From contig NC_135806.1 in assembly GCF_964213995.1 (NCBI RefSeq), positions 74,276,001 to 74,340,000 on the forward strand: 64,000 nt of DNA. The letters are read 5' to 3'. The stretch comes from Mustelus asterias. Lineage: Eukaryota. The position numbers and the translations under genes were made by a program. Below the pieces are notes generated by a model that ran no database searches, was not told the DNA's origin, and worked only from the letters and a program-made list of their open reading frames with translations. Positions 24,884 through 37,394 of the stretch are shown here, in pieces (the first letter of the stretch is position 1; the number at the start of each line of letters is the position of its first letter).

Positions 24884-25160
24884 GGGCAGCATGGTGGTAC
24901 AGTGGTTAGCAGTGCTGTCTCACAACACCAGGGATCTGGGTTCAGTTCCAGCCTTGGGCGACTCTGCAGTTTGCACATTCTCTCTATCTGCATGGGTTTC
25001 CTCCCACACTCCAAAGATGTGCATGTTAGATGGATTTGCCATGCTAATTGCCCCTTACTGTCAGGGGGGATTAGTGGGATTATGGGGCCAGGGACTGATT
25101 GGGATTGTTGGTGCAAGCTCAATGGGCTGAATGGCCTCCTTCTGCACTGTAGGGATTCTG
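24884..25160 (+). mobile_element. HE1-type SINE
   Basis: Head, core and tail as in the other copies. A partial reverse copy lies at 25513-25679. Confidence 0.88.
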
Positions 25161-27346
25161 TTATCTATTAGGGATATAACAAATCATAAATGCTTTTACA
25201 AATGATTTTTTAATAGCTAAAGTAAACAATTTCTTAGAGACAGCTAATATGGGAAATGCAGAAATATCAAATATTGTCTCTATTCACAATAGATTAAATA
25301 AATTACATGCCAGAAATAGCTAGTAACCAAGAGGCTGTTAAGAGAAGAACTTTATTCAATACCATCAGTAGAGATCAAGAATTGGAAAAAAATTGAGGGA
25401 CAAAGGGCCTGCAAATCCTCAACCTTGCAACCTACATTTTAAGATTTGAAAGGTAGTTGCAAGGATAGTGGAGCTATTCCCTAGTTAAGATTATCCAGAA
25501 TTCCCTAAATCCTAGAATCCCTAGAGTACAGAAGGAGGCCATTTGGCCCATTGAGCCTGCACTGACAATGATCCCACCCAGGCCCTATCCCTTTAACCCC
25601 ACACATTTGCCCTGATAATTCCCCTGACATGAGGGCAATTTAGCATGGCCAATCAACCTAACCTGCACATCTTTGGACTCTATTTGAAAGAGGGGGAGAG
25701 AAAACTGGGAAGCATAGCAAAGTTAGCCTGACAGCAATAATCAGAAGCACAAGAATCTATCGAAGTCCTAATATACTAAAAATTAGTTTCATGACAGTCA
25801 ACATAGTTATTTTGAAAGCAATAATTGACAAATTTTAGTTTAGTAAGAATGCAACTGGTATGGTTAATGGGGAGTCAGCAGATGTAATATACCAAAAGGC
25901 ATTGCAAGATACTGAGAGATTAATGTTCATGGAGTGAGTGATAAGACATTGGCATGGGTGGCAGGTTGGTTAACAAAGGAACCAGTGGGGATATATGCAA
26001 CATTTTCAAGTTAGCAGCTTATGGCTGGTGGAGTGCCACAATCGGTACTAGGACCATGGCTATTTACAATCTGTATTACTGAACATGACTTTGACAATGA
26101 AACCAAGGCTATTATATCCAGGTTTGCTGACAATAGAAGCTTAAATGGGATTGTACTCTGAGGAGACAGGCATGTTAAATGTGTGGCCAACAAGCTGGCA
26201 GGTGGGGTATCATGGGGAAGTGAGCTAATTCACTTTTGTAACAAGACAAGGAAGGTATTTGGAAGGGTCATCTAGCTCAACGTTGGCTCAATTCTCTCCC
26301 CACAGATACTGTCAGAGCTGCTGAAATTTTCTGGCATTTTCTATTTTTGTTCCAGCATCCACAGTATTTTGCTTTTATCCAATGATTCTCCCTGGTTATA
26401 CTGGGTGGATTCTCTCAGAATCTTTAAATAGCTGAAGGATGGACTCAGATTCATTGAGTTGTCGGCTTTGCGGATCACAACTGTCTATTTGCAATATTGA
26501 TTTTTGTAGGAAACCTCATGAATGGCTTCCTCTTCCCCATGGCAACATGAAACTCGTTAGCATTTTGTCCTAAATAATGAAGCAGGCTCGTATGGTCTAC
26601 TCCTGTTCCTGTTTCTCATGTTCTTGCTGGCCTAGATTTGATTCCTGGATCCCTAACATCTGAAATCTTGTTATATCCTTCCATGACCAGCGCTATAACA
26701 CTTATCACTCACCTCCCCATGATCCATGCCTTCAGCCATCAGGGCAGTGCTCTAGCATTCTCTCTTCCCTTTTAAAATCCTAATTTAAACCTAGTCACAT
26801 AGATGGGTTTTTGCTTACCTCCTTTACTTGGTCTTATTCCTCTTGGAAGTCTGTTTTTGTTTATGCAAGTTTCTTTAAGGTGTTACATGCAATTTGTTCT
26901 CTTTCTATTCTTGATGCCAATCCAGCATTTATTACCCATGCCTAATGCTTTTGAGAAGATGGTGAACCATTGCAGTAGGTACATCCGTATTGCTGTTGGG
27001 TACTGTTCAATATAAACCCAAGCTTCATAAAACAGACTGCACCTGGGAGTTGTTCGTAGCTTCCTTTATTGTGCTGTATTACTGCCATTCTGCATCTTTA
27101 GTGTTACTATGAAATGGAAAATTTGTCATAGCAACACGACTGCAGTATAAATACCATGAGTGCTAGAACTGTTCTGATTTTTACAATGCTTCATTGCATT
27201 GAATGTTGAATATGATAATGCATGTTTGCAAAATTGTAAATCTGGATAATGTTTACAGTGAACTACAGCATGAATTGCAATTATTTACTATAGATGTCTA
27301 TAACTGCAGAATTCATGTAACTTAAATCACCTATTTGCATTGATAG

Positions 27347-27472
27347 TTATAGCACAGCCATCTGCATTAGCTGCACCATCTAGTACATCAGAAAGTGAAG
27401 AGAAGTCTCCGGAGGTATCCCGACCAAAGAAGAACAGATGTTTTCAATGCAGGAAAAAAGTTGGTCTTACAG
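27347..27472 (+). CDS. ZFAND5: ZFAND5-like coding exon 4 (start of AN1 finger)
   Basis: gatag| acceptor and G|gtgag donor. Reads (V)[41 protein letters not shown](G). 126 nt. Confidence 0.92.
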
Positions 27473-27884
27473 GTGAGGCTAATTATTATGATAGAGGCAT
27501 GTGTTATCCTTTGGCAAAATTTGACTGCTTTTAGGGTTCGTTTTTTTAAATAGTTCCACTAGTTGCTTTTAGATTTGCCAACAAACTAGTGTTCTGCTTG
27601 ATTACTTTTTAACCATTCCAAAGATTTAATTTTTTTGTTTTTCGCCATTGGAATAATCTATTTTCATTTTGTCAAATGCAGTTTTTATGGTGAGGAATTT
27701 GATTGGTAGGAAGGAGAAAAATATTTCTTCTCTAGATGTCTTTGTATTCTGCAGCAATTCCTCTTTGCCAATTTCAAATTACAGTTTAAATTCTACTAGG
27801 TTTTTTCCTATTTCTCTGCCCATCTAGTTCACACCCATGATCAGGTTACAATCATGCATAGTGTTTTCATCTTGGCGCCTTGAT

Positions 27885-28040
27885 CATAGAAATCATAGAA
27901 ACCCTACAGTACAGAAAGAGGCCATTCGGCCCATCGAGTCTGCACTGACCACAATCCCACCCAGGCCCTATCCCCATATCCCTACATATTTACCCACCAA
28001 TCCCTCAAACCTACGCATCTCAGGACACCTAAGGGCAATT
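27885..28040 (-). mobile_element. HE1 SINE 3' part
   Basis: catagaaatcatagaaaccctacagt..ggccattcggcccatc. Confidence 0.85.
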
Positions 28041-28650
28041 ACGGAAGGATCATTACAGAATACTCTATTCTCTTCCTGTAACAACAGCAGGAATACTCAA
28101 TGAACCACATCTTATAGTTCTCGTAGCAACTGCTGCTGTCACCACCTGATCAACCCCCTTTTCTCCCCAACAGGACCATTTACTTTACCTGACTTCCTGC
28201 TGGTTCAGTGTCCGTTCTTCTCCTACCCCTCCCACCCCTGCTAAATGTCTTGGGATATCTTTTACAGTTGTAGAGTTTTTTTTCTCAGCCTATGAAGATC
28301 CTATTTTGGATCCTACAATTGCCTAGCTGGAGATCTTCCAATTGTCACTTCCTTATGCTGTGGGAATAGATTTGGCTCTAATTCCGGAAGTTTATCAGCA
28401 TGGATATTGGATCATGTTGAACCGAGCTTGACTTTTAGATGTAAAGATAAAATAAAAGGGAAAGCTTTAAAGGAATGCTTACATTTGCCATTAAATAGGC
28501 CACTCTTGAGTTATAGACATGGCTACATTAGGCAAAGCTTGATGCAACTACACATTGTAATAAAAGGTTTTTTTAAAAAACCTCATACAAATTAGGATGC
28601 AGTTATAGGCTACTTTGTGTGCAGAATAAAGATTTTGCTTTCTATAGCAG

Positions 28651-28799
28651 GTTTTGACTGTCGATGTGGGAACTTGTTTTGCGGACTTCATCGTTACTCA
28701 GATAAACACAATTGCCCTTATGATTACAAGGCGGAAGCAGCAATGAAGATCAGGAAAGAGAACCCTATTATTGTGGCTGAGAAAATTCAGAGGATTTAA
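28651..28799 (+). CDS. ZFAND5: ZFAND5-like coding exon 5 (AN1 finger, stop)
   Basis: tctatagcag| acceptor. Reads (G)[48 protein letters not shown] then TAA. The five exons sum to 621 nt = 206 aa + stop with no frameshift. Confidence 0.95.
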
Positions 28800-30520
28800 A
28801 CAGGCAATTGAAGAGGACAATAACTATCAAAGACTGCATTTATTTCTTTATCCCCTGATCTATTTTGGGATCCTTCATAGAGCAGATGCATGGGCTGTTT
28901 TTAATCCTTGTCTGTTCTCCAATTGTGCTTTAACCCTAGTTTCTTCTAATTGTAAGGTGGCTGGACATTACTAGATGCAATTGAGCACACAGTATTAATC
29001 ACGACAAGTGAAACCATTGACCTACAAAATAAATGGAATGAGCTGGTTAAATGGTGATTGCTAGCAGTGGGTGATCTGCCAAGCTAGCTTTGACAACATG
29101 TTGTAGTGCTTTTTAATTGAGTAAAATGACCAACCAAAAACTTACTTGGTAACCTGAAAATGTTTCTAGTGCCTAAGCAGACTTCAGTCTTTGGACTTCT
29201 TCTCATATAGTCTATAGAATTAAAAGGATGTAACAATACAATTGAGCATATCTTTGAATAAACAGGATTTTAAGGTAGGTAGTAGATTCCATGAAGATTC
29301 TGGGAGCTGTCTTCACTTGGGCATCCTTCAACCAAGTTTTGTAGGTTAATGACTTTCATGCTGGGGTTATTCAGGGAAAACTTGTGCAAATAGGGAAGGC
29401 TTCCAAAGTAGTAAACTTTTGTTCGGTATTTAATTAGAAAGCAATTTTCCTTGCCTCTACTGGAACACAGTCAGCCTGTAATGTGTTCAGAAAGTATTTA
29501 ACTGTGGCAGTCTGAATAATAGAATGTTGTAGAGGCCAATGAATGAGCCTCTTTTACATTTCATAGAACAGTTAAGTCTGCCTTCATTTATCAAAGCATA
29601 TGTACATTAACTTTGTGTAGCTCTATGATAAATGCAGGCTATGTTTACAAAAGTTGCACATGCTTTTTAACAGAAGAGATGTTAATGAATTAAATCACAC
29701 AAACTGTCCAGGCAACTAACTTAATGTCCCAGTTATACTGCATGTTGGTACGTCGTCTTGTGCCACATGGCTTCCAAATGTGCAATAGAATGCCAAATTT
29801 CAGAAATTGGTGGATTCGTATCACAGGGGAACCTGGAAGAGATGGCCTTGCATGGCTCGTGTGACTGCATGTGGCACCCGGTCATTTTCCTTTAACTTAT
29901 CGGTCTACTAACTGATGCATCCTCTGATGTTCAAGCAGCTAAGGTGGCTCAAACATGTGCCACCTTGCTCTGAAATAATGGATTATGAGCAAGCAGTATA
30001 TTTCTGTCTTCTGGTAGCGCACTCCCATCTTCACCAGTCCCACCTCTACTATACCACAGTGCATTATAACTGGGCTATATATTCTACAGTGATAGGAGTG
30101 TAGCATTGGCTTATTGCATGGACTGCACATCCCCAGCAGTGTAAAATGTTGAACTGTAGCAATGACAATATACTTAATTGAAGCTATTGTACTTTTTAAA
30201 TCTGTTATTGGAAGATTTGTGATGTATGAAATAGTTGCATTTTTAATCCAGTACAATTTAGACATGTAGCGTGATCAGAATCTTAACTATTTTATCTAAG
30301 CTGTGATTTTGATTACTGTTCATTCTTGCAATAACTCTGCATATTTAACTACAGTACACAGGAGCTTTTTTTGTTGACAAACTACAGTATGCCTTTTTAA
30401 TTTTTAATCTTGGGTATGTAATTTGTACAGAAGTATTTATATTTATGTAATGCATATAATCATGCTAGTTGGCATTTATGCGAAATTGGATGTAAATAAA
30501 TATGTACAGAATAGTTTCAT
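28800..30520 (+). other. 3' UTR of the ZFAND5-like gene
   Basis: About 1.7 kb with no recognisable transposon after the stop codon, AU-rich distal part, ending at AATAAA 30495 followed by a GU/U-rich tract. Confidence 0.7.
30495..30500 (+). terminator. Polyadenylation signal AATAAA
   Basis: Flanked by several TGTA motifs and followed by a GT/T-rich element (tgtgcatttgtattttgtttc, ~30522-30541). Confidence 0.7.
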
Positions 30521-30869
30521 TGTGCATTTGTATTTTGTTTCTTCGATCTTAAGGAATTGTACATGCTCAAGATGGACCATGTAACTATATACCTGTGTTT
30601 CTTTTCCAGACACCGCATTTTAGCATGTGCTCTTAATTTTACACACTAATGTTGCCAGCTAGTGTAGGCTGAAAATAAGAAGCAAACTAGCACAAGCATA
30701 AAGCTTGTTCGCTCTCCCTACACTAGGTGCATCACATTGGTTCAAGTTACGTGCATATAACTGAGATTGATGCTTAAACCAAAGGGCATAGAACCCCTTG
30801 CACCTATCCTTGTAACCCCATGCATTTACCATGGCAAATCTCTCTAACCTACACATCTTTGGACTTCAA

Positions 30870-32840
30870 TGCCATTTCCCACACTATCCCCCATATCCTT
30901 TTATATCATTGCCACTTAGAAATCTGTCAATCTCTACTTTAAAAATATTCAATGACTGAGCTTACTGCCCTCTGGGTTGGAGAATTCTAAAGATTCACAA
31001 TCCTCTGAGTAAAAAGAATTCTCATAGTCCGAGGTGACCTTCCCCCTTATTTTGAAAATGTGTCCACTGGTCTGGACTCTCCAACCAGGGAAAACATCTT
31101 GCCTGTATCCACCCTGTCCATCCCCTAATTATTTTGTACGGTTCAATGAGATCACCTCATCCTTTTAAACTCTAGAGAATACAGGCCCACTGTCCCCAAT
31201 GTCTCTTCATAGGACAGTCTCACTATCCTAGGAACAAGTCTGGTGAACCTTTGTTCGTTACACTCTCTATGACAGTTAAATCCTTCCGAAGGTAAGGGGA
31301 CCAAATCTACCCACACTACTCCAATAGTAGTAAAGAATCTTGATTAGACCGCATCTGAAGTAGAATTTCAATCCTGTATTCAAACCCTCTTGCAATAAAT
31401 ACTAACATACCAACAGCCTTCCTAATTGCTTGCTGCACCTTTCATGTTAGTCTCCAGTGACTTATTGACAAGGCACATGGGTCTCTTTGTACATCTACAC
31501 TTTCTAATCTTAAAAAAAACTTCCCATATGTTCCTCTTGATGATGTCACACTTATTCCATTTACCATGTTCTCACCCACTCACTAAGCTGGCCCAAATCC
31601 TCTTGAAGCTACTTTACATCTTCCTCAACATATATTCCCACCAAGCTTTGTTTCATCTGTAAACTTGGAAATATTACATTTGGTCCCCACATCAAAATTA
31701 TTGATATATTGTAAACAGCTGGGACCCAAGTACTGATCCTTGTACCCCACTAACAGTCTGCCAATGCATGAATTGAACTGTTTACTCCTACTGTTTTCTG
31801 CCTGTTAGTTGATCCTTAATCCATGTCACTGTTACCTGTCCTGTGTGCTTTAATTTTGTTCACCAACCTCCTATGGGGGAATTTTGTCTAAAGCCTTCTG
31901 AACATCTAAATATACTAATCCACTGACTCCCCTTCATCAATTCTATTAGTAACATCCTCAAAGCTCCCAACAGATTGTCAAATATAATTTCACATTGGGC
32001 ACAGTCGACGTGGATTTACCAATCGGATCATTATTATTCAAGTCCAGCTGTCACAGTCCTAATAGATTCAAGCACTCCTCTGCTACTGATGTAACAGGTC
32101 TGCAATTATCTACTTTCTCAAAACAGTGCAGTAACATTTGCTACCTTCCAATCTATTACTCCAGAAGTGATAGTATTTAGAAAGATAGTCTTCAACACAT
32201 GTAGAATATCAAGACCTGAGGACTTATTAACATTCAGTCCCATTAATTTCTGTAACAACCTTAGAACATAGAAGATAGAACAGTACAGCACAGAACAGGC
32301 CCTTCGGCCCACGATGTTGTGCCGAGCTTTATCTGAAACCAAGATCAAGCTATCCCACTCCCTATCATCCTGGTGTGCTCCATGTGCCTATCCAATAACC
32401 GCTTAAATGTTCCTAAAATGTCTGACTCCACTATCACTGCAGGCAGTCCATTCCACACCCCAACCACTCTCTGCATAAAGAACCTACCTCTGATATCCTT
32501 CCTGTATCTCCCACCACGAACCCTATAGTTATGCCCCCTTGTAATAGCTCCATCCACCCGAGGAAATAGTCTTTGGTAATAATTTCATTCAATTATTTTA
32601 TTGTTTAGTCCCTTGCAACTCTGTAGAAGATACAGGAAATCTCCCAATGCAGAAAGACAAAGTAATCATTTAGCTCCCCTGACTTTTCTCGATTTTCCCA
32701 TTATAAATTCCCCTGACTCTGTTTGAAATGGACTGTCATTTATCCTAGCCAAACATTCCAATTTCATGTACCTACAGAAGCTTTTACAGTCTTGTTTTTT
32801 GCTAGTTTACATTCATAATCTTTTTTTAAATCAGTTTCTT
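30870..32840 (-). mobile_element. Old CR1 fragment with a younger CR1 3' end (32263-32575) nested in it
   Basis: RT remnants on the minus strand. The young insert reads ITRGHNYRVRGGRYRKDIRGRFF and has a tagaacatagaa tail. Confidence 0.75.
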
Positions 32841-33406
32841 GGTATGCATAAGAGGTGAGGCCTTGCCAGAGGGTTAACTGAAGGAGGAGAGCCCTCCTTG
32901 GAAGATGAGGAAACAGGGGAGATAGTGATGGATAACACGTGTTCTCATGTTATCTTGTGTTATCACATTCCCCATGTTGATGTCCTGCATTCGCACTTAA
33001 GAACTCACGCCTCACTCAGATCACATCTTCGCTGTGGCCATCAATATCCTGCTAATGTAACTTACAGTCCTGCAAGGAAGAACAGTGAGTCAATAGTGGA
33101 TACTTCCTACTCCAAACACTGCCATGGCAGACATGTGGACCAGCAGAGGGCTCCTACCCAAAAGTGCATGCCTTGGTTTTGAGACAGATGTAGAGTCACA
33201 TATCTGATGAGTCCTCTTCAGCCATTGCTATCTCTTGAAAACTAAGGGTTGAGAACTCTCCCATCACATGCTCCTAATAAAGAATTACAAGCATCTCCCT
33301 GACAATGCACAACAATTTGGTAACATGTTGCATTAAGGTTGATATCACAATGTCTTGATCTCAATGATGAAAGTGAACAATGAGTGTAAGAAACCTTACT
33401 TCGGAA

Positions 33407-33673
33407 TAGAATCATAGAATACCTGTAAGGAGGTGGCCATTTGGCCCACCGAGTCTGCATCAACAACAACAATCCTACCCAGACCCTTTTCCAGTAACCC
33501 CACATATTAAACCTGCTAATCTGCCTGACACTGAGACAATTTACCATTGCCAATCCACCTGACCTGTGCATGTTTGGGGACTGTGGGAGGAAACCCACGC
33601 AGACATGAGGAAACATGCAAAATTCCACAGTGGCCAGAATTGAACCTGGATCCCAACAGGCGTGCTAACCACT
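33407..33673 (-). mobile_element. HE1-type SINE
   Basis: Reverse copy, truncated by Rex1. Confidence 0.8.
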
Positions 33674-33675
33674 AT

Positions 33676-34412
33676 GATTTGATTTATTATTGACACATAT
33701 ATTGGGATACAGTGAAAAGTATTGTTTCCTGTGTGCTATACAGACAAAGCATGTTATTCAAGAGTACATAGGGGAGAAGAAAAGGGGGGTGTAGAATATA
33801 ATGTTACAGTCATAGCTAGGGTCTAGAGAAAGATCAGCTTAATATATGGTAGGTCCATTCAAAAGTCAGATGGTATCTGGGAAGAAGCTGTCCTTGAGTC
33901 AGTTGGTACGTGACCAGAGACTTTTGTATCATTTTCCTGACGGAAGAGGGTGCATGAGGTCCTTGATTATGCTGGCTGCTTTGCTGAGACAGCGGGAAGT
34001 GTAGACAGAGTCAATGGATGGGAGGCTGGTTTGCTGATTTGTGATGGACTGAGTTTTGTTCACGACCCTTTGTAGTTTCTTGAGGTGTTGGTCAGAGCAG
34101 GAGCCATACCAAGCTGTGATACGTCCAGAAAGGATGCATTCTATGCTGCATCTGTAAAGGTTGGTGAGCATTGTAGCAGACATGCCAAATTTCCTTAGTC
34201 TTCTGAGAAAGTAGAGGCATTGACCGGCTCTCCTAACTATAGTGTCGGCATGGGGGGACCAGGGCAGGTTGTTGATGATCTGGACACCTAGAAACCTGAA
34301 GCTCTCGACCATTTCCATTTCATCACCACTGATGTAGACAGGAACATGTCCTCCACTTTGCTTCCTGAAGTCGATAATAACCTTTCATTTTACTGACATA
34401 AAGGAAGAGATT
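33676..34412 (-). mobile_element. Rex1/Babar 3' fragment
   Basis: ORF 33929-34318 VESFRFLGV..LYFLRRLRKFGMS. Confidence 0.88.
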
Positions 34413-35136
34413 TCCACCGTGCCGACCAAAATTAGAATAAGAGAATGGCAAAGACCCTTAGCAAAATGCTTTTATATGACCATTAGATTGACATACCCAT
34501 GTAATGGTTTTCAGAAAGTGCAATTTATTCAGTGTGGCATTTTAATACTTTCTTAATCCTAACACTACACCTTAGTGCAGCCCAGCAGGGACAGAGGCAG
34601 CCTGCTGATTGCTGTGACCTGATGTCAGCGATGACTTTGGCGGACATCCTCTGATGGCCCAAGCCCTAGAAAGACCCGGCCTCATCAAGGTCTCCTGCAC
34701 TGGGGCATAGGCATCCTCAGGGACTTGTGCTGCTGGAGTTGATTTTGGCACAGGCGGAGAGGACACTGAGCAGCTGCACACACTTCAAGTGTCCTGAGTG
34801 GAAGTCATCTCGTTGACACTCATCCTGCCTGCTGGTGCCAGAGGACCCTGGTGTGACTCCTTCAGGAGATGGGGTACGAGGAGGATAGTTAAGGTGTCTC
34901 GGCCCACATGGTCTACCTGCTGATTGTGCCCAACAGAATGTTTGGCCATGGAATGCAATGCCAAGTGAAAATCCAGCAGGACCTGCTGGACCAAGGTCTC
35001 CATGATCGCCTTGAGGCACTAACATGTGAGTGCCATAACATTAGACTGAATGCGGAGGGTCTCCTCCACTTTGCGCTCTACTCTGACGTGTGACTGTCGA
35101 AGCTTTGCCCGGTGTTCTACTGTCTCTCTTCACCTC

Positions 35137-35275
35137 TGTAAGAAGTTTAACAACACCAGGTTAAAGTCCAACAGATTTATTTGGTAGCTACCAAATAAAT
35201 CTGTTGGACTTTAACCTGGTGTTGTTAAACTTCTTACTGTGTTTACCCCAGTCCAACGCCGGCATCTCCACATCA
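35137..35275 (+). mobile_element. PLE-derived fold-back mini-element (same family as 40955-41180), perfect 100-bp palindrome plus tail
   Basis: 35138-35187 is the exact reverse complement of 35188-35237. 38-nt tail at 35238-35275. 12-bp TSD TCTCTTCA(C/T)CTC at 35125-35136 and 35276-35287. Confidence 0.85.
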
Positions 35276-36040
35276 TCTCTTCATCTCCACCAGTGAGTTA
35301 ATGGCTGCTTCTAAAGGCTCATCATCTGGCTGGAGCTGAGTGCTCAGAGCCCTCCAAGTGCTGGAGACCTGGGCTTTCCTTGCCTCTGACTGCTGCGGAG
35401 ATGTGTCTGTGAGGTGCTCCCCAGAAAGTGACCTCGATTCTAACCTTGAGCTATATCCCACCCAGGTGTGTGTCTCTGTGTTGGTGGAGGGTGTGGGTGA
35501 GTATTTTGACTGTTCTTCCTGAGTTCCCTCATCCTTAGATGTGCTTCAGCAGCTTGGAGGGCCACTGGGTTGGCGAGCTGGCTGGCCAGTCTGCTGGTGT
35601 CTGAAAAACACAAAAGGACAATTGTAGTGGATAAGCTGAAGCTAATTTAAATTACATTGTACCTGCTGTGAATTGCAGGATTGCGTGAAGTGATGGGGCT
35701 GAAATCCATACTAGGTTGTTGTGAGACCAAGCCCTGCCACAGGAGCGAACCCTGTCCTCGTGATGACCTTTGCCTTCCCTCTCCCGGTCTGGACTCGCTC
35801 AGGTTTATTGTGTGCGGGTTTGGCCTGTATGGAGATGAAAGAGATGTGATCAGAGTGGATGGAGCAGACTTTGGGTGAAATGCATGTCCCCTGTGTGTGA
35901 TGTGCCCTACCCAGAAGGGACAGAGATTGGAGTGTCAGCAACAAGACAGATAGTGGTGTAGTGAAAGTCTTGGTGAGAGAGTAAGTGTTGATATGTGTCC
36001 CCTGCAATTGAATGTATGAGATCCATGAAGAGTATGGCAT

Positions 36041-36360
36041 GGGCGGCACAATGGTTAGCACTGTTGTCTCACAGCGCCACGGACCTGGGTTCGATTCCCG
36101 GCTTGGGTCACCATCTGTGCAGAGTCTGCACGTTTTCTCCATGTCTCGTGGTTTTCCTTCGGGTGCTCTGGTTTCCTCCCACAGTCCAAAGATGTGCTGG
36201 TTAGGTGCATTGGCCATGATAAGTTGCCACTCAGTGTCAGGGGGATTAGAAGGTTAAATACATGGGGTTACGGGGCTAGGATCTGGATGGGATTGTTATC
36301 AGTGCAGACTCAAAGGGCCAAATGGCTCCTTGTGTACTGTAGGGATTCTATGATTCTATG
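36041..36360 (+). mobile_element. HE1-type SINE (in an intron of the Harbinger Myb gene)
   Basis: Full length, B box ggttcgattccc. Confidence 0.9.
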
Positions 36361-37034
36361 AGTAGCCATTTGAGTACATGATGTCACGCCGAGAGTTTGA
36401 TAACGGAGGGAGCTGAGAGAGGGCTTACCCTGGAGGTGCTGATGAGATCATTCACCTGCTTCTTGCACTGGATGGCACTTTGCAGGCAGGTGGCAGCCAT
36501 GTTGACCACCTGGGCAATGGCCTTCCAGGCTGGAGATTTAAGGTTCAGTTGCTTCTTTGAACTTTCCTTGGGGTACAGAATGTGCTGGTGGCCCAGACTC
36601 CCTGAATAAGCCTTATGGCTAAAAGCTAGTGCTGCCTTCTTCTAGAGGTTACTCACCTTTGGCTTCTGAGTTTCAGATATCCTGCACGGTTTGGTGAAGA
36701 CAGGGTGTGATATTGAGTGTGCTGGACTGGTGTTTAAATATGGTGCAGAGACCCACCAGCTGATGGTGGGTGGATGGATTAGCCGTTGGCCTGCCAAGTA
36801 AGTGACTGGGAGGAGAACACGTCTGCATAATTAGTGAGCTTCCAAGTGCAGATTCTGGCATGGGATCCTGCCATTCTGGGCAACCGGAAAGGCACTGCCA
36901 CAGCTCCCACCACCACACTTAATCTCAAGATGGGAGAATTCCAGCATCAGTCTGAATCACATGATGCATTGCATCATTTTCCCTCTCGTAATGTACAACA
37001 TAACCACACCCACTTAAAGATGTACTGCAAAACC

Positions 37035-37275
37035 AGATTTAAAGTTTTGGGTGAGAGATGTGAGGAGGAAGCTTTTATACAGCGAGAGGTAAAGACCTGG
37101 AACTCACTGCCTACCAAGATGCTGGTAGCAGAGATAATCAATGATTTAAAATTGGATGAACATTTCAGGGAAAGAAACTTGCAGGCTCTAGGTATTGAAC
37201 AGGGGAATGTAACTGACTGATGGTTCTGCAAAGAGCCAGCATTCGCTTGATGGGTCAAATGGCCTCCATCTATGC
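37035..37275 (+). mobile_element. CR1 3' end
   Basis: FIQREVKTWNSLP and the gatgggtcaaatggcctcc tail. Confidence 0.65.
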
Positions 37276-37394
37276 CACCGTATACAAGGTTCTGGATCAC
37301 AGCAACACAGTCTGGCTTTCCCTTTGAATTTCATTACTGTCTCCTTGGAAAGCACCAAGCCTTCACTGTGAATTCCCCAAATCTCCAAGGTGAT

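Larger units (their letters stand above)
34570..36600 (-). pseudogene. Harbinger/PIF transposon Myb/SANT-like gene relic with introns
   Basis: Exon ~36599-36429 reads HQHILYPK...PAWKAIAQVVNMAATCLQSAIQCKKQVNDLISTSR|gtaag. The next exon from 35824 reads AKPAHNKPERVQTGRG, and a third from 35600 contains SPTPSTNTETHT. Interrupted by an HE1 SINE and the PLE palindrome. Confidence 0.7.

Noticed and set aside
35138-35237. Pre-miRNA hairpin
   Set aside because: A perfect loop-less palindrome with a TSD and a second family member in the window is better explained as a mobile element.
36041-36120. tRNA gene-like A/B boxes (many copies)
   Set aside because: These are heads of HE1 SINEs that continue into SINE core and LINE tail, with no cloverleaf or terminator.
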